64,000 nt of DNA, taken from Lama guanicoe (taxonomy: Eukaryota). The stretch covers positions 87,988 to 151,987 of the forward strand of contig MU053588.1 of assembly GCA_013239625.1 (NCBI GenBank). The letters run 5' to 3'. The notes under the pieces were generated by a model. The model was not told the origin of the DNA. It worked only from the letters and a program-made list of their open reading frames with translations, and searched no databases. Made by a program: the position numbers and the translations under genes. This document shows positions 1-12,545 of the stretch, in pieces (positions within the stretch are counted from its first letter, which is position 1; every line of letters begins with the position of its first letter).

Positions 1-321
1 GAAGACTTGAATAAGAATGTTCATGGCAGCTTTGATCATAGTAAGTCAAAACCAGAAACTGCCCAGGAGAACGAGATAATTGTGGTGTGTCCATATAATG
101 GAATACTATTCAGCAATAAAAAGGAATGAACTGCTGACATCCATGCAATCCATGTGGATCTCACAGATATTATGTCCAATGAAAGAAGTCAAACTTAGGA
201 AGAATATACTGGATAATTCCATTTCTAGGGAGTTCCAGAACAGGTAAAATTATGGTGAGAGAGTCAGAATGTGGGAAGGGGATGGATATTACTGAGATGG
301 GGTAGGAAGGAGCCTTCTAGC

Positions 322-550
322 ATAGGGGGTCAGCCAACTTTTTATTTGAAAGACCAGACAGTAAATATTTTTGGCTTTGTGGGTCCTATGGAGTTTGCCA
401 CAACTATTCAATTCTGCTGTTCTAGCATGAAAGCAGCCACTGATATTGATACAGAAGTGAATGAGTACAGCTGTGTTCCAATAAAACTTTAATTACAAAC
501 AGAGATGGCAGGCCAGATTTGGCTCATGAGCAATCGTATGCCAACCCCAG
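322..550. mobile_element. MER58A-like hAT-Charlie MITE inside an old L1 3' remnant (1-680)
   Basis: ggggtcagccaac...gtaaatatttttggctttgtggg...ccaataaaacttt...ggccagatttgg...tgccaacccc with terminal inverted similarity. Confidence 0.75.
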
Positions 551-1475
551 CTCTAAGGTGGTGGAAACGTTGCTCTAAGTGATAGTTACATGAATGTGTG
601 TATGTATTTAAAAATCCATCAAGTTGTATATTTACTATTTGTATGTTTTGCTCTATGTCTTTTATACCTCAGTAAAAGAGACAAGGAAAAGAAAGGCAAA
701 AAGCAAATGGCAAGACGTAGACAAAATAACTCCTACATCCACCAGAACTGACTCACACCTTTGAGGGCAGGAAAACCATCCCACCACTGCGCGGGCGACA
801 AGAGCTTGTTTCCTGACTGGCATTCTTGAGCTGTGGCCCTGATGACTGACAACTCAAACAGTGACAGCCTCACAGCTGATTCCCACCAGATCCAGGCTTT
901 GCCCACTGAGAAATAGTCTAGGAGGACAACTTTCAAAACGGAGCAACTCATATCTCTCCTCTGCAAAAAGAGGAGATTGTAATCTTCCCATGGGACAGAG
1001 AAGAGCTTTTCTTGAATACAGTGACATTCATACAAACATAATGTTTGACTATCCTGGTGTCCTCTCCTGTAAAAACAGGTCTAGCCAATTACTCTCCTAA
1101 GGTTTCTTTACATAATGATGATTAATCCCTCCAACCTTAGTGACTGCCGAAGTCTTACAGCTGATCACAGATCAAAGAAAATTAACTAGAAGAGATCGAG
1201 AAAAACTGGCCACAACTGGAATAACAGACTTTCATTATATACTTTCATGTGTCACGTAAGCGTGGGAACTTCAAAATGACTTATTCTAACTGTCACATAA
1301 ATATAAAAGGACGTCAGTGTCCCTAAATACTAAAAGCCTGCTACTTAGAGTCTTTGCTCTGACAAGAGATTTGGACCCTGGTGACTCCTTCAGAAGAAGA
1401 TCCCCTCTCTGGGACCTCAGGGTCTTTTACCTGGCCCGTTAGGCCCTCAAGCTCCATCTCTCAAAGGTAACTCAC

Positions 1476-1665
1476 CCTCAGCTGCAGCCACTGACAGAGG
1501 CTTCTGCAGATGTGACTGAGGTCCTGTGGCCCCAAGGAGAGCCCTGCTGTCCAACAAGGTGCTGGGACCCAAAGGTGTACACTCAGGAGACCTGAAGATA
1601 AGCAGACCCAATGGTGAGAAGTCATCCAGCAGCCCCCAATACTCTGGGGCCAGGGAGGAAGAAGC
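1476..1665 (-). other. Candidate non-coding 5' exon of the leftward gene
   Basis: GC-rich unique segment with ccctcttgcag acceptor and GAGG|gtgagt donor on the minus strand. No recognisable coding similarity. Confidence 0.35.
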
Positions 1666-1901
1666 CTGCAAGAGGGCTGAGCCGCAGACATATCTGAGTG
1701 ACGGCTGTGCTCCGGGTTTGGGGCAGGGGCAACTTCTGGTAAGACCCTGAGCCTACAAGTCACTCGGACAGATGTCTGAAAGCCAAGCGATTCCTTTAAC
1801 TGACTGAAGGAGTCTAGGCCAGACAGTTTACCTCCCTGGGCCTCATTTTCCTCACCTGTGAAAACAGGAATGATAAACAATAATTTTAAAAAGCCCATCC
1901 T

Positions 1902-2057
1902 GGTGGGGAGGGCATAGCTCAGCAGTAGAGTGCATGCTTGGCATGCAGGAGGCCCTAGGTTCAATCCCCAGTACCTCCATTAAAAATAATAAATAAACCT
2001 AATTACCTCCTCCCCGCCCCCACAAAAAAGGTAGAAATTAAAAAAAAAAAAAAAAAA
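1902..2057 (+). mobile_element. tRNA-Ala-derived SINE (camelid Vic-1-like), inserted at the edge of a MIR remnant
   Basis: A box tagctcagcagtag, B box ggttcaatccc, tail ccattaaaaataataaataaacctaattacc, poly(A), TSD aaaaagccc(a/t)tcct. Confidence 0.9.
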
Positions 2058-2680
2058 GCCCTTCCTTAGAGGCTTTCCAAAAGTTACCTCATTTAACACA
2101 AACTCAGGAGTGGTTGAAAGGGGCTGAGTTATGAATAACAAAAGACACCTTTATCCCTCTTATCACTTAGGAAATTCCAAGGGTTTTAGGAGCTCTGTGC
2201 CAAAAATAGGACTGAAGACCACATACATATTTCTTATCATAAATCACAGTATCACACAGACTAAAATAAAAAGGACAAGAAACAGTAATTGGGTGCATTA
2301 TGGTGAAACCATGGAGAATTTTTTTTCAATTTTCCTCAACAACAAGGTAAAATTATTGTAGTGAGTTTTCTTTTGTCATTAAAAAGCAGATGATTCTGGT
2401 GGATAATCTGGATAATTCCACCAGATAATCTGATGGAAGATGAAGCCAGTCATCTTTCCTGCTAGTCAATCTTGATAAGCAGTACCACCATGCAGTCAGT
2501 CCCCCAACAGCAGCATGGCAGTCCTCTGAAGGGATACCATCTCCTTCCCTGCATGATAGTGACTCATACATCCTCATCACCATACGCTGACATTTGAACT
2601 CAAAAGCCGTATGTTACTATATAGATACCATCATCTGGATGCTCTCAGGCACAAAGCACAGGGTCCAGTTCAATGTGCAT

Positions 2681-2752
2681 TTTTTTTTTGTTTTTTTTTT
2701 TAACTTAAGTATAGTCAGTCACAATGTGTCAATTTCTGGTGTACAGCACAAT
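2681..2752 (-). mobile_element. Extremely 5'-truncated L1 3' end with a perfect 13-bp TSD
   Basis: Poly(T) followed by aacttaagtatagtcagtcacaatgtgtcaatttctggtgtacagca; TSD gttcaatgtgcat at 2668-2680 and 2753-2765. Confidence 0.8.
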
Positions 2753-3825
2753 GTTCAATGTGCATGTTTTTGACTTCCAGAAGGAATATCCAAAAACAAA
2801 CAAACAAACAAAAAAGGCAATCTCAAATGGCCAAGCCAGAGCTACAGATTAGAATTTTGTCCTGGTGTGTGTCTGGTTTCAGAATTTCAGACAAAACTTT
2901 CCCATTGTATGAATGTTTTGGCTTCAGATTATTTCTATGATTCCATTTAATTCGAGTTCAAAAACAGGCAAAACTAATCCATTGTATTAGAACTGGGATG
3001 GCAGTGGGTTTTGACTGGTAAGGCTTCAGGGTGCTAGAGGTATCTTAATCTAGGTTGTGTACACAGTTCTCTTCAATGTAAAAATTCATTGAGCTATGCC
3101 GTTAACATAAGCATACTTAACCGTATGTGTGTTATGCCTGGAAATGATCTGGAAAAATGTTTATTGCATAAGTAAATGAAATAATCTGGATTCAAACTTA
3201 AACATTTTTTCAAATGAGGCCACATACTGCCCCTTGACCAGGTATGAATATTCCATTTAATTCAAATTCAAAAACAGACAACATTAATCAGTGATGTTAG
3301 AATTGGGAGACTGGTCCCATGGCAAGCTAGTGGCTGGGAGCGGGTATCATGGGGCTTTCTGGATGTTACAATCTTCTGTTTTCTGATCTAAGCACATTAC
3401 CCTGGGGTGTTCCCTTTGTGACAATTCACTGAGTTGTATGTATATTTATGCATACTTTTGTATGCATCTTATACTTCAATAAAAGGTTTATGTTAAAAGC
3501 TTTAAAAAGAAATATTACTTGCTCCCAAACCTGGCACTAAGCATAGTGTAGGTGATGAAGGAAACTATAAGAAAAAGAAAATGCCTGACTCCTTACCCAT
3601 GCGTGTGGGTCCTGCATCGAAGAAATTACCTGTCTTTGATTCTGTGCAGTGGAAAAATAGGAAATGTCTGCTCTAAAAATGAAAGCCTGACATGTATGTT
3701 TTCTGAAAGATGTTACCTGCCTCACCTCTCCACTTCCTTTGTTTCTTCAGATGCTATTCTCACTGCGCTTTGTCTGAAGATTGCCTAAGGATTGAATGTA
3801 ATACTTAAAACAATCAGGGGTGGAG

Positions 3826-3952
3826 GGGTGGGAGGGTGCAGCTCAGTGGTGGAGCACCTGCCTAACATGCACGAGGTCCTGGTTCAATCCCCAGTACCTC
3901 CATTAAAAATAATAAATAAACCTAATTAAATCCCCCCAAAGGGAAAAAAAAA
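3826..3952 (+). mobile_element. tRNA-derived SINE (Vic-1-like)
   Basis: Same tRNA-like head and AT-rich tail as the 1902 copy. Confidence 0.88.
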
Positions 3953-5859
3953 CAATTAAAAGACTGTTTCAGCATTTCACCCTTTTATTAAGCTAATGAT
4001 CAAATCTTATTTTCCTTTCATTTGTGATTTCGTCCTGGTCCATCTTAATCACCAGTACTTTGACTTTAATTTCAGTGAAGAGCAGTTGCTAAAAGTAGCT
4101 TTTTGGTTTTGTCATTGTTATTGTGGTATTAGGTTTATTGAATGGTTCTACCAGGATTTTATAAGGCACAGGTTCGCGAAGTCAAACATGCCATGCCTAA
4201 AAAATACAGAACAAAGTAAAAAGATTCTTAGAACACGATAACTTCCAGAACCAGTTTCTTTTCCTTCTGTGATTCATCTTTTTTTCCCTAGCCTTACTGA
4301 GATATAATTGTGTAAGTTTAAGGTGTTCAATCCCCTGATTTGATACATGTACATATTGCAAAATGATTACCACATTAGGGTTAGTTAACATCTCCATCAC
4401 TTCATGTAATTATCTTGTGTGTGGGGGGGGAGAACATTATTTTTAAGGATTTTCAAACACTCTCAAGGTTTACCCCTTCAGCAAAATCTTTTACAGTATC
4501 AGTTCAGATACTTACTCAGTAAGCTCTTTGTTTCCTGACCACAGGCCAAGGAACATCCATCCTAGCTGCCATGAGGTCAGAACAGATTTCCAGAAACCAG
4601 GCTCACACTTGGGATGCTGTTACAGATGGATACGTCATTACATTTTCCAGAAAGAGCCTTAAAGGAAGCATTAGGAGAAATATGCATTAAATCCTTGGCA
4701 AAAGCAAGAGAAGCCACATCTTTAATAACATTTTATTTTACAGAAGTTTAACGCTTAATCCTTTCAAAGCACTTTCATTAATGTGAGGAACAATACAAAA
4801 AGGGGGAGGGAGGTTTCCAAAAGAGTTCTGAGGTAGGCTTTGGCCCTGAGGAACAGGAGGGAACTGGCTGCTCATCAGATGGGGTATGTCCTATGGGTGA
4901 AGTGTGTTCCCACTGTGCAGGGTTGCAGCCTCAAATCCTTAACTCTCCCACTGCCTTCCTCTGCACTTTACAAGCCTCAGCACCAACTCCGTTTAAGCCT
5001 CCTAATCGTAGACACACCTGGTGTCTCCAATCTACAGCTCCCGGGCGTCTTTATAGCTATGATATCCCCATATGTCCAAATATGACCATCAAAGACCACT
5101 AGTCAGTGACTACAAAGGTCACTGATTCGTTCTGATTGCAGAATAGTGAATAACACAGATCCCAGATGGGGAACCCACACTGATCTCCAATGATATCCCA
5201 ATGACTGGAGATCAATCAGTGATTCCCATTGTCCCACCTCCCCTGAAAATTATGACAGTCTCAGTCACTGATACCACCCTCCTTGATCCGTCTGTTCCAC
5301 ATTCCCTATCTACAAAAGTCCAGTCACTGATAACCTCAGATCCCCCATCGATGAGCCAAAGGAAGTCTCAATCACTATTAGCCTAAAAGCATTTCTCCAA
5401 ACATTGATCCTCATTGACCACCCTCATCACTGAACCTCAGAGTTTCCACAATCACCAGTTCTAGGTACCCAAACGTAATTTAGAACTTCCGATCACTGAC
5501 TCCCTCAGTATTCTGATCACCGAGCCGCAACGCCATTCAAATCAGTGTCTTCGAAGAAACCCACCTGGCCTCAGACCCCGTAAGACCATTAAAAACTGAC
5601 CCCCACGCACTCTTGTCAATCAAGAACTCTCATTTATTGATTCCCGCATAACTCCCAACCCATTTTCTTCAGACACTGCCACTGACTCCCACAAATCCGC
5701 CACCACAGACTCCCCCACGGGGCTCAGACGCCCAATCACTTAACCGTCCAGTCCCCTCAGTCTCTGACCCTTACAGGCAACCATGACTGACCCAGTCGGG
5801 CCACCATAGTCGTCTGCTCACTATTACCCGGGTCCCGATTTTTGACTGTTTCTCACAGG

Positions 5860-6540
5860 GACCTTTCTCATTTTCCCTGCACAAGCGCCCATTACCTGAA
5901 ATGGGCTGTCGTACCCCGCCGCCTCACCACAGTACAAGCTCTTCTCTCTTCCCATCCCGAGTGACCGTGCGCAGACTCAGTCGCGACTTGGAGGCTGGCT
6001 GCCGCCCCCTGGCAACCTCCCAGAGAACGGGATTCTGGGTTCCGGAACGTTAATGGCAGGTATGATGGCCGCGCCCGCTTGTCAGCCGCTTGCTGGGGGC
6101 GGCCATGATTACGCCTGTGCCGTGCAGCCGATGATTCGGCCCTTTGTTAGGCGATTGGGCCATTTTAGAACGGGGAGAAGCAAGTGTTCCTGAGTCCCTA
6201 AACACAGACGTCACTGCTGCTTTTCGCATCTCAGGAGCCCATACCTCCTCTGACCAGCAGAGCGGCTCCCTGACCCGGCAGCTGAGCTTTCTGTGTCTCC
6301 AGCAGCGCAAGCAGTGAGGTAAGATGGCCGCGTACGTTCGTACCGCTTCTTACGGGCAACCAGCGCGGCCATCTCCCCCGAGGAACTCCCCTCCCGTAAA
6401 GCAAGGTAAAACTTTTTCCTGGCGTGGGAGAACGGCGAAGAAGAGAAGCTCTTCTCTCGGGGAGCCTGAGGCCCGGGAGGAAGAGGCGGGACTTCACCCA
6501 GTGGGCGGAGCTGCAAGAGTGGGCCAGTAGGAGGATCTTG
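5860..6540. promoter_or_regulatory. CpG-island promoter, likely driving a minus-strand gene that runs off the left edge; possibly bidirectional
   Basis: High CpG density; several YY1-like motifs (aagatggccg 6321-6330, gccatttt ~6160, ggccatct ~6367); CRE-like gacgtca ~6207; minus-strand donor TCAG|gtaatg (exon end 5896); plus-strand GAG|gtaaga at ~6318. Confidence 0.7.
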
Positions 6541-6599
6541 AAAAGAGTATGTTGAAAGTGGGAACTTTGTCTCAGGTGGCTTGACCCTGTTGACTTTAA

Positions 6600-7045
6600 A
6601 AATAAAACAGCCAACTTATGGGACCAAAAAATGAATTTATTCCTAAATAGCAGAGACTCACAATTCGGGACAAGAAGTCACAGCAAAAACCATGGACAAG
6701 TCCAAGAAACAAAGAGGAACTGTTATTTTACAGAGAAAAAGGAGGTAGTTGGGAGGGGTTGTTTTGAAGCAAAGTATGTTGCAGAAAAGTGAAAGATCAG
6801 AGTGAAGACGGCTTCTCACTGGCTGAGTTGCTGGGGTAGTGGATTTCCCGTGGGAGATGCAATGTACATCTCTTCTTGTTGGGGTCTGTGATTGATGATT
6901 TTTTCCTGTTGATTCTTCTGTCGGGGTCTCTAATTGACAGTTCTTCCTGAAACACCTGGAGTGGTACTGCCTGAGATCTCCCTTTTCTGGCCTCCCTACT
7001 CCATTTGAGTGAGATTTTCCTTTATTACTTTTCATGCTCCAGAAG
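6600..7045 (-). mobile_element. ERV LTR-like remnant (family not determined)
   Basis: tttatt poly(A) signal near the left end and an overall LTR-like composition; recognised by recall only. Confidence 0.4.
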
Positions 7046-7574
7046 CCCACCTGAAATAAGGGTGTGAGTGCAAGCAGTTTATTTGGGAGGTAGGGGATGG
7101 GTCAGTGAGACGGGAGGGATGGAAACCAACAGAGAGTGCTTCCATAAGCAGATTACCCCTGTGAGTAATGGGGGTTCAGTCCTGTGGGGAACTCTGATAG
7201 ACTGTGTGAAAACCACCTCCAAGTTTTCCCAGTCAAGGGCTGATGAAGCTGAGATATTTATGTTATCTCTGGTTCCTCACTGTTGTGGGCTACTGCAGGG
7301 GCCTTAAAGCTCTAGCACTTTCAGCCTGCCTCATGGGCAGGTCTCAGGCAGAGCCTGCAGGCGCTCAGAAAGAAGCCAGCCATCAGCATATGGGCATGGT
7401 GAGTGCCTAGGCAAAGTGGGGTACCAACAGCATTCACCACAGTCCTGTTTTTAATAACCATCCACGCAGTGCTCTGCACATCACAGGCATCATTTTGGAA
7501 CACCTCTAGAAATGATTGCCTTTTCCTATGAAAATAGCTCTCTAAATAAACAATTCTGTTTGGTGATCATACCA

Positions 7575-8120
7575 ACTGGTAAACAGCTCACCTCCAAAAT
7601 GACTCCCAACGATTCCTGACGCCTGGCATTCACACCCTTGTGTCATCTCCTTCCACATTGCAGGTCTGAGGTTAATAGTTTACAGTAGAAGTGATGACCT
7701 GACGCTACTGAGATTAAGTTGTAAATGACACCTGAGCTTCTATTTTGGAGGTGTTCAAGCCCTTTCTCTCAACTTAACTTTGGGAGAAGTTGGTTGCCAT
7801 ATCATTGAGGACAGAGACCACCTATGAAGAGGCCCAGGTAGCAAAGAACTCCTGCCAACAGCCAGGGAGGAACTGATGCCTTATTATATCCAAGTGCCTT
7901 CTGATATCCATCTTGGAAGCAGGTCCTGCACCCTAGTTAAACCTTGGAATGCCTGCAGCCTCCACCAATGGACTGACTGCTACCACATGAGGGACTAAGT
8001 CAGAACCACCCAGCTGGCAGCTCCCAGATTCTCGACCTTCAGAAACTGTGTGAGCTGTTAAATGTTTGTTTTAAGCCACTGGGTTTGGGAGTAATTTGCT
8101 ATGCAGCAATAGGTAACTTG
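7575..8120 (+). mobile_element. MLT1 (MaLR) LTR, MLT1E/F-like
   Basis: aaaatgactccc...gccaacagccag..aggaactga...agaaactgtg...ttttaagccact..gtttggg.gtaatttgctatgcagcaatag. Confidence 0.8.
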
Positions 8121-10136
8121 GATGCTGGGGTAAAAATGCTGTAATTGATGTCTCTGGATTCCTTAAACAAGTTCCTAAACTTGTGAGATTGTTCTGTCAA
8201 GTCAGAGGGGATTATTGGCAATTTCTTCTTATCTTGCATAATGGAGAAATTAAAGGCCTGTGGCTCTGTTAGATTTTTAAAATTTAATAGAGTTTAACAG
8301 TCTTGCCTGATTTGAATTAATACAAGTGGTTTATATGACAGTATTTTGAAGTGATTATAGTAATTAATAAAAATGACTATTTGGAAAGTGCCTGTTACAT
8401 GTCTGGCCTGTTGCTGGCTTGCTCACTTCAAGGGCTACTCACTCTCGCACCAGTCAGCTAGGCAAAAGGAAAGAGAGCCTTAGAGTGTCTTATGCTGGGA
8501 ATTAAATACACTGCCTCAGAAATGACACATGTCATTTGCTCCCACTACTCATTGAACAGTCAGCCAACCACGATATAAATACAGTCTTACCATAAGGTTG
8601 AGATGGGGAGAGCTAGAAATATTTAAGGAACAACCTTAAAGACAAACACAATGAAAACAGTGTTATCATCACGATTTCACAGAACGTGCACACAGAGGTA
8701 AGATGTCCAATCCATAATCACTCAGCTAGTAAGCAAAGAAGGAAGCAGAGCCAGGTATGTCTGTTCTATATAGAGGTAAATGTTCATTACCATTATTATT
8801 AAATTTTTACTTCAATGTATCTAAGGCACTGAAGTAGGGAACAAAGAGAAGACTGAGGTCTCCAGTAAAAATAAAGGGACTCAAGATGCTGAGGTCTTGG
8901 CTGGGGGACGGGGGAGGAGGAGTACAGGTGGAGAGAGAAAACAGATAAAAGAAGAGTTTTTACAAAAGAGTACATACACACTGTATGTGAAGCTCAGGAA
9001 CAGGCAAAACAAATCTATTGAGTTATAAATCAGAAAGCAATTGACTCTAGCAGTTGTTGGCTCTGAAGAGAATTTCTTGGAGTGATGAAAATGTTCTATA
9101 TATTGTTTTGGGTGGTGGTTTTGTGCATCTATATAATTGTCAAGACTCATCAAAGTTAACTTATGATTTGTGCATTTATTTTATGTACAGTAAAACTTAA
9201 TTTTTTGAAGAAAAAGAGTGTCAAGATTATTGAGTGATCATGTAGGCTAGGGAAAACGGAGACATGTGAAAGAAGTCACACAACTTTACCATCATCTGTG
9301 GAAAGATGGGACCCAGGCAAGGCCATCATAAACACTCTGGCTTGTGACAGTGCCCGCTCTGGGCAGAGGGGTGAGAGAAAGGAGCCCCAGGGATTCATGG
9401 TTTAGCGAATTAAAGGCTCTGGGCTAACCCAGCCATAGTGACCATCAGCTCTTATTTACTCCCTGGGTTGATAAGTCGCAGCCTATTGAACCAGTTGTGG
9501 TGGCCCTCCACACTGCCATCATTTAAAGGGATACTGGGCCCCAAATTTGGCCTAAAAGGAGGCACAACCGTTTCCTACTCTGGAGCAGAAAGGACTGTGC
9601 CCTGGCCTGAGTAGAAATAGGCCTTTGCCCTTGTATGAGTGAAGACTGTTCTGGATCTCAGTGGGATGAGACTGTCCCCCCGGATCAAGGTAGATCTAGA
9701 GAGTAGTCTGGCATGAGCAGAGGCCACACCCCATCCTGTCCTGTCTTGAACTAGGGGTGGAGGTGGTAATTGGTGACACAAGTCTTAAAGTATACTTTCC
9801 AAAAAGTTAAAAATTAGAACTCTTACAGATATTCAGAGGTTCATTTAACTTAATAATGAGGGAATTAGCAGGATTGGAATTTTGGTTCAGAGTAAACAGG
9901 TATATAGTCAGTGGAATAAAGAATCTTGAAATAAGATTGCAAAGTTAGATACAAAACTAATGTCCTACAGAGCAATAAAACCATGACCTGTAAGGTTATC
10001 TTTTCTCCACAGAATCAGTTTGTGTCTATAAAAAATATATGAAATGTACCAATTGTCTCCAAGTAAAATTTATCTATATAGTCTTCATCCTAATTAGTAG
10101 TAAAAAGCCAATCAAACAAGGCACATTTTACTAGAG

Positions 10137-10342
10137 CATTGGGTTCTCAAACTGGTGCAGTTTTAATCTCCAGGGGGCATTAGACGGACGACCTGTGGAG
10201 ACAGTTTGTGGGGAAGGGGGATGCTACTGACACGTGGTGGGTAGAGGCCAGGGATGCTTCCAACCATACAGAGGACAACCTGGCACAACAAAGAATTATC
10301 TGGCCCAAAATGTGAACAGTGCTGAGTTTAGGAAACCTTCCT
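10137..10342 (+). mobile_element. MER20-like hAT-Charlie element
   Basis: ggttctcaaac...gggtagaggccagggatgct...acaacaaagaattatctggcccaaaatgt...gaaacc. Confidence 0.82.
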
Positions 10343-11526
10343 CTAAAATGATTTGTTAGTCTTTGGGTGGGGTTTTTAGAGTATGCTCCAGTATGACTTT
10401 GAAAATGCACACAAGATAACACAGTATTGTTTCCTTCTTTCCCAGTTTTTGATCATTTTTCTTAACACAAAATTGACAAAGTGTTGATAATTATTGAATC
10501 TGAGTAATGAATACATGGTGATTTTTGTGTATGTTTGCTTTCCCCCCTACATTAAAAGTTTTTTTTAAAAAACCCAGTAGATTCTGGTCTTTCGCTTATG
10601 GTCAATGCCATGTACCAGTGGCCACAGCTTAAGAGCATGTTTAGACATAATATTTAAGTGTAAAGATGTTTCTCTTTTATGACTTGATTCCCAAACTCTG
10701 CCCATCTTTCAAGTGCAGGAACTCTCAATTCTAGCTACATCTTAAATTCAGTCAGATTTTAAAAATCCAATGATTGGGATCCACTCTCAGCAGTTCTGGT
10801 GTGGTTTTCCTGGGGTAAGGTTCTTTTTTATCTTTTTTATTTTTAAAGTTTACCAGATTTGGGACATTGTGGACATGCAACCTAAATCAATTAAGGAACT
10901 TCATATTATGAACTTGGTTTGAGGTGGGCTGGATGGGTAATACCTTGCAGGGCAAATGAGAATACACCCTGAAGGAGGGCATACCTATCTTATGCCTAGG
11001 CCTCCACACATAAAACATCAAAAACAACAAAATACTATTAAGAATCCCTTGGGACAACAAAACCACAACTGAATGCTAAACAGCCATCAAAAAACAAGAC
11101 TGGAACCTAGCAAAAAAGACCTTCTGCGACTGGAAACATAAAGAGGGAGCCACAGCAGGATGGTAGGAGGGGTGTGCTCGCGATATAATTAGGCCACATA
11201 CCCCTGGGGTGGGCAACTCACAATCGCTGATAACCTAATGGGAGTTTCCTTATTTGCTATTTTTGCTTTTCTCTTTCAATTTCTAGAAGCCCTCAACTGT
11301 GAGATCCTCAGGCAATATGAATCCATACATTACAGTGATAGCTAGCCCTGTTTGTCACTGGTAGGTAGATAACATTGTACCAGTTACTTCCCATAAACCC
11401 TACCCCACCTCAGGTCTTTATTGTAGTTGTTCCTGTTTGGATTATGGGGTTCATTTTCCACTCTATCCTCTATATGTAGATGTAGTGTTATATATTGTTT
11501 ATTTCTAATCAGTATTAATTTCCACC

Positions 11527-11620
11527 TTTTTCTTTTTGTTGTTAATGGAGGTCCTGGGGATTGAACCCAGGACCTTGTGCATGCTAAACACACACTCTAC
11601 TATTGAGCTATACCCCACCA
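11527..11620 (-). mobile_element. tRNA-derived SINE (Vic-1-like, short tail)
   Basis: Reverse complement: ggggtatagctcaatagtagag...ggttcaatccccagg. Confidence 0.85.
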
Positions 11621-12545
11621 CTCTAATTACCACTTATTTTTTTAATGCCCTCTCCTGTGTCTCAGGGGCTGGAAATTTCATTTTCTAGACTACTTGCCAC
11701 TACAGCGCTGACTATAATCTAGTTACTGCCAATGAGATGCTTTCATATAAGATAAAGTAAGAAGGGAGGTAGAGGCCTTTCTACTTGATATACAGATTTC
11801 AGCAGATGCAGGCTTCTAACTCATCAAATACTAGCAAATTACAGTTTCCTGTAATTTCTGACCTCCAAATTACAGGTTGATTAGTGTGATTTTAAAACCA
11901 GTGGCAATCTCCTGATGCTTGGCCCTCTAGCCCTTCCAAAGATTTGGAAGCATCTAATCCCCTATATTGAATCTCCTTCTGTTTGAAATACCTAGGATAC
12001 CTAGAGATATTTCTATTTTCCTGCCCTGAATCCTCATATATGGGTTCTACTGCTTCCATGATAGCTGATTAGTTCACAGATCTACAGTTTAAGAGTGGGC
12101 CCATAACTTTATATAGGACCATTTATGTTCCTTCCACCTTGCCTATTACATCTCAAGGAATAAGTATCACTGAGTGATAGAACAGGTTATCTAATGTGTT
12201 CTGAGCAGCCCAGCCTATAACTTAACTGATAATGCTTTCATGTTGAAGTAATTTGTGTCACTTTCCTCCTTGTTACAGAGGAGTGGTAAAAAAGTGATGG
12301 GCTATGGGTAATTAATAGATTTGCCAAAAATGGGCCCAAGTCTCAGGTATACTTGTCATGCCAGTATATTATGTATTTGTCATGTCATGTCTACAGACAA
12401 GGACTTCTGAATCTTTTTTTTTAAATCACACACAGAGACAAAAGAAAATATAAGCCTACCTTATTTTCTGGATTTGGGCAATAAGTATAAAGTAGGTTAA
12501 AAGGTGGTAATGTAGTTGAAGAAGTAGAAATTACTTGTATGATTC

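Noticed and set aside
1902..2057. tRNA-Ala-like sequences (also at 3826, 11527, 22181, 24153, 44291, 50564) as tRNA genes
   Set aside because: They are mutually divergent, share an AT-rich tail, and several have poly(A) and TSDs, so they are SINE copies rather than tRNA genes.
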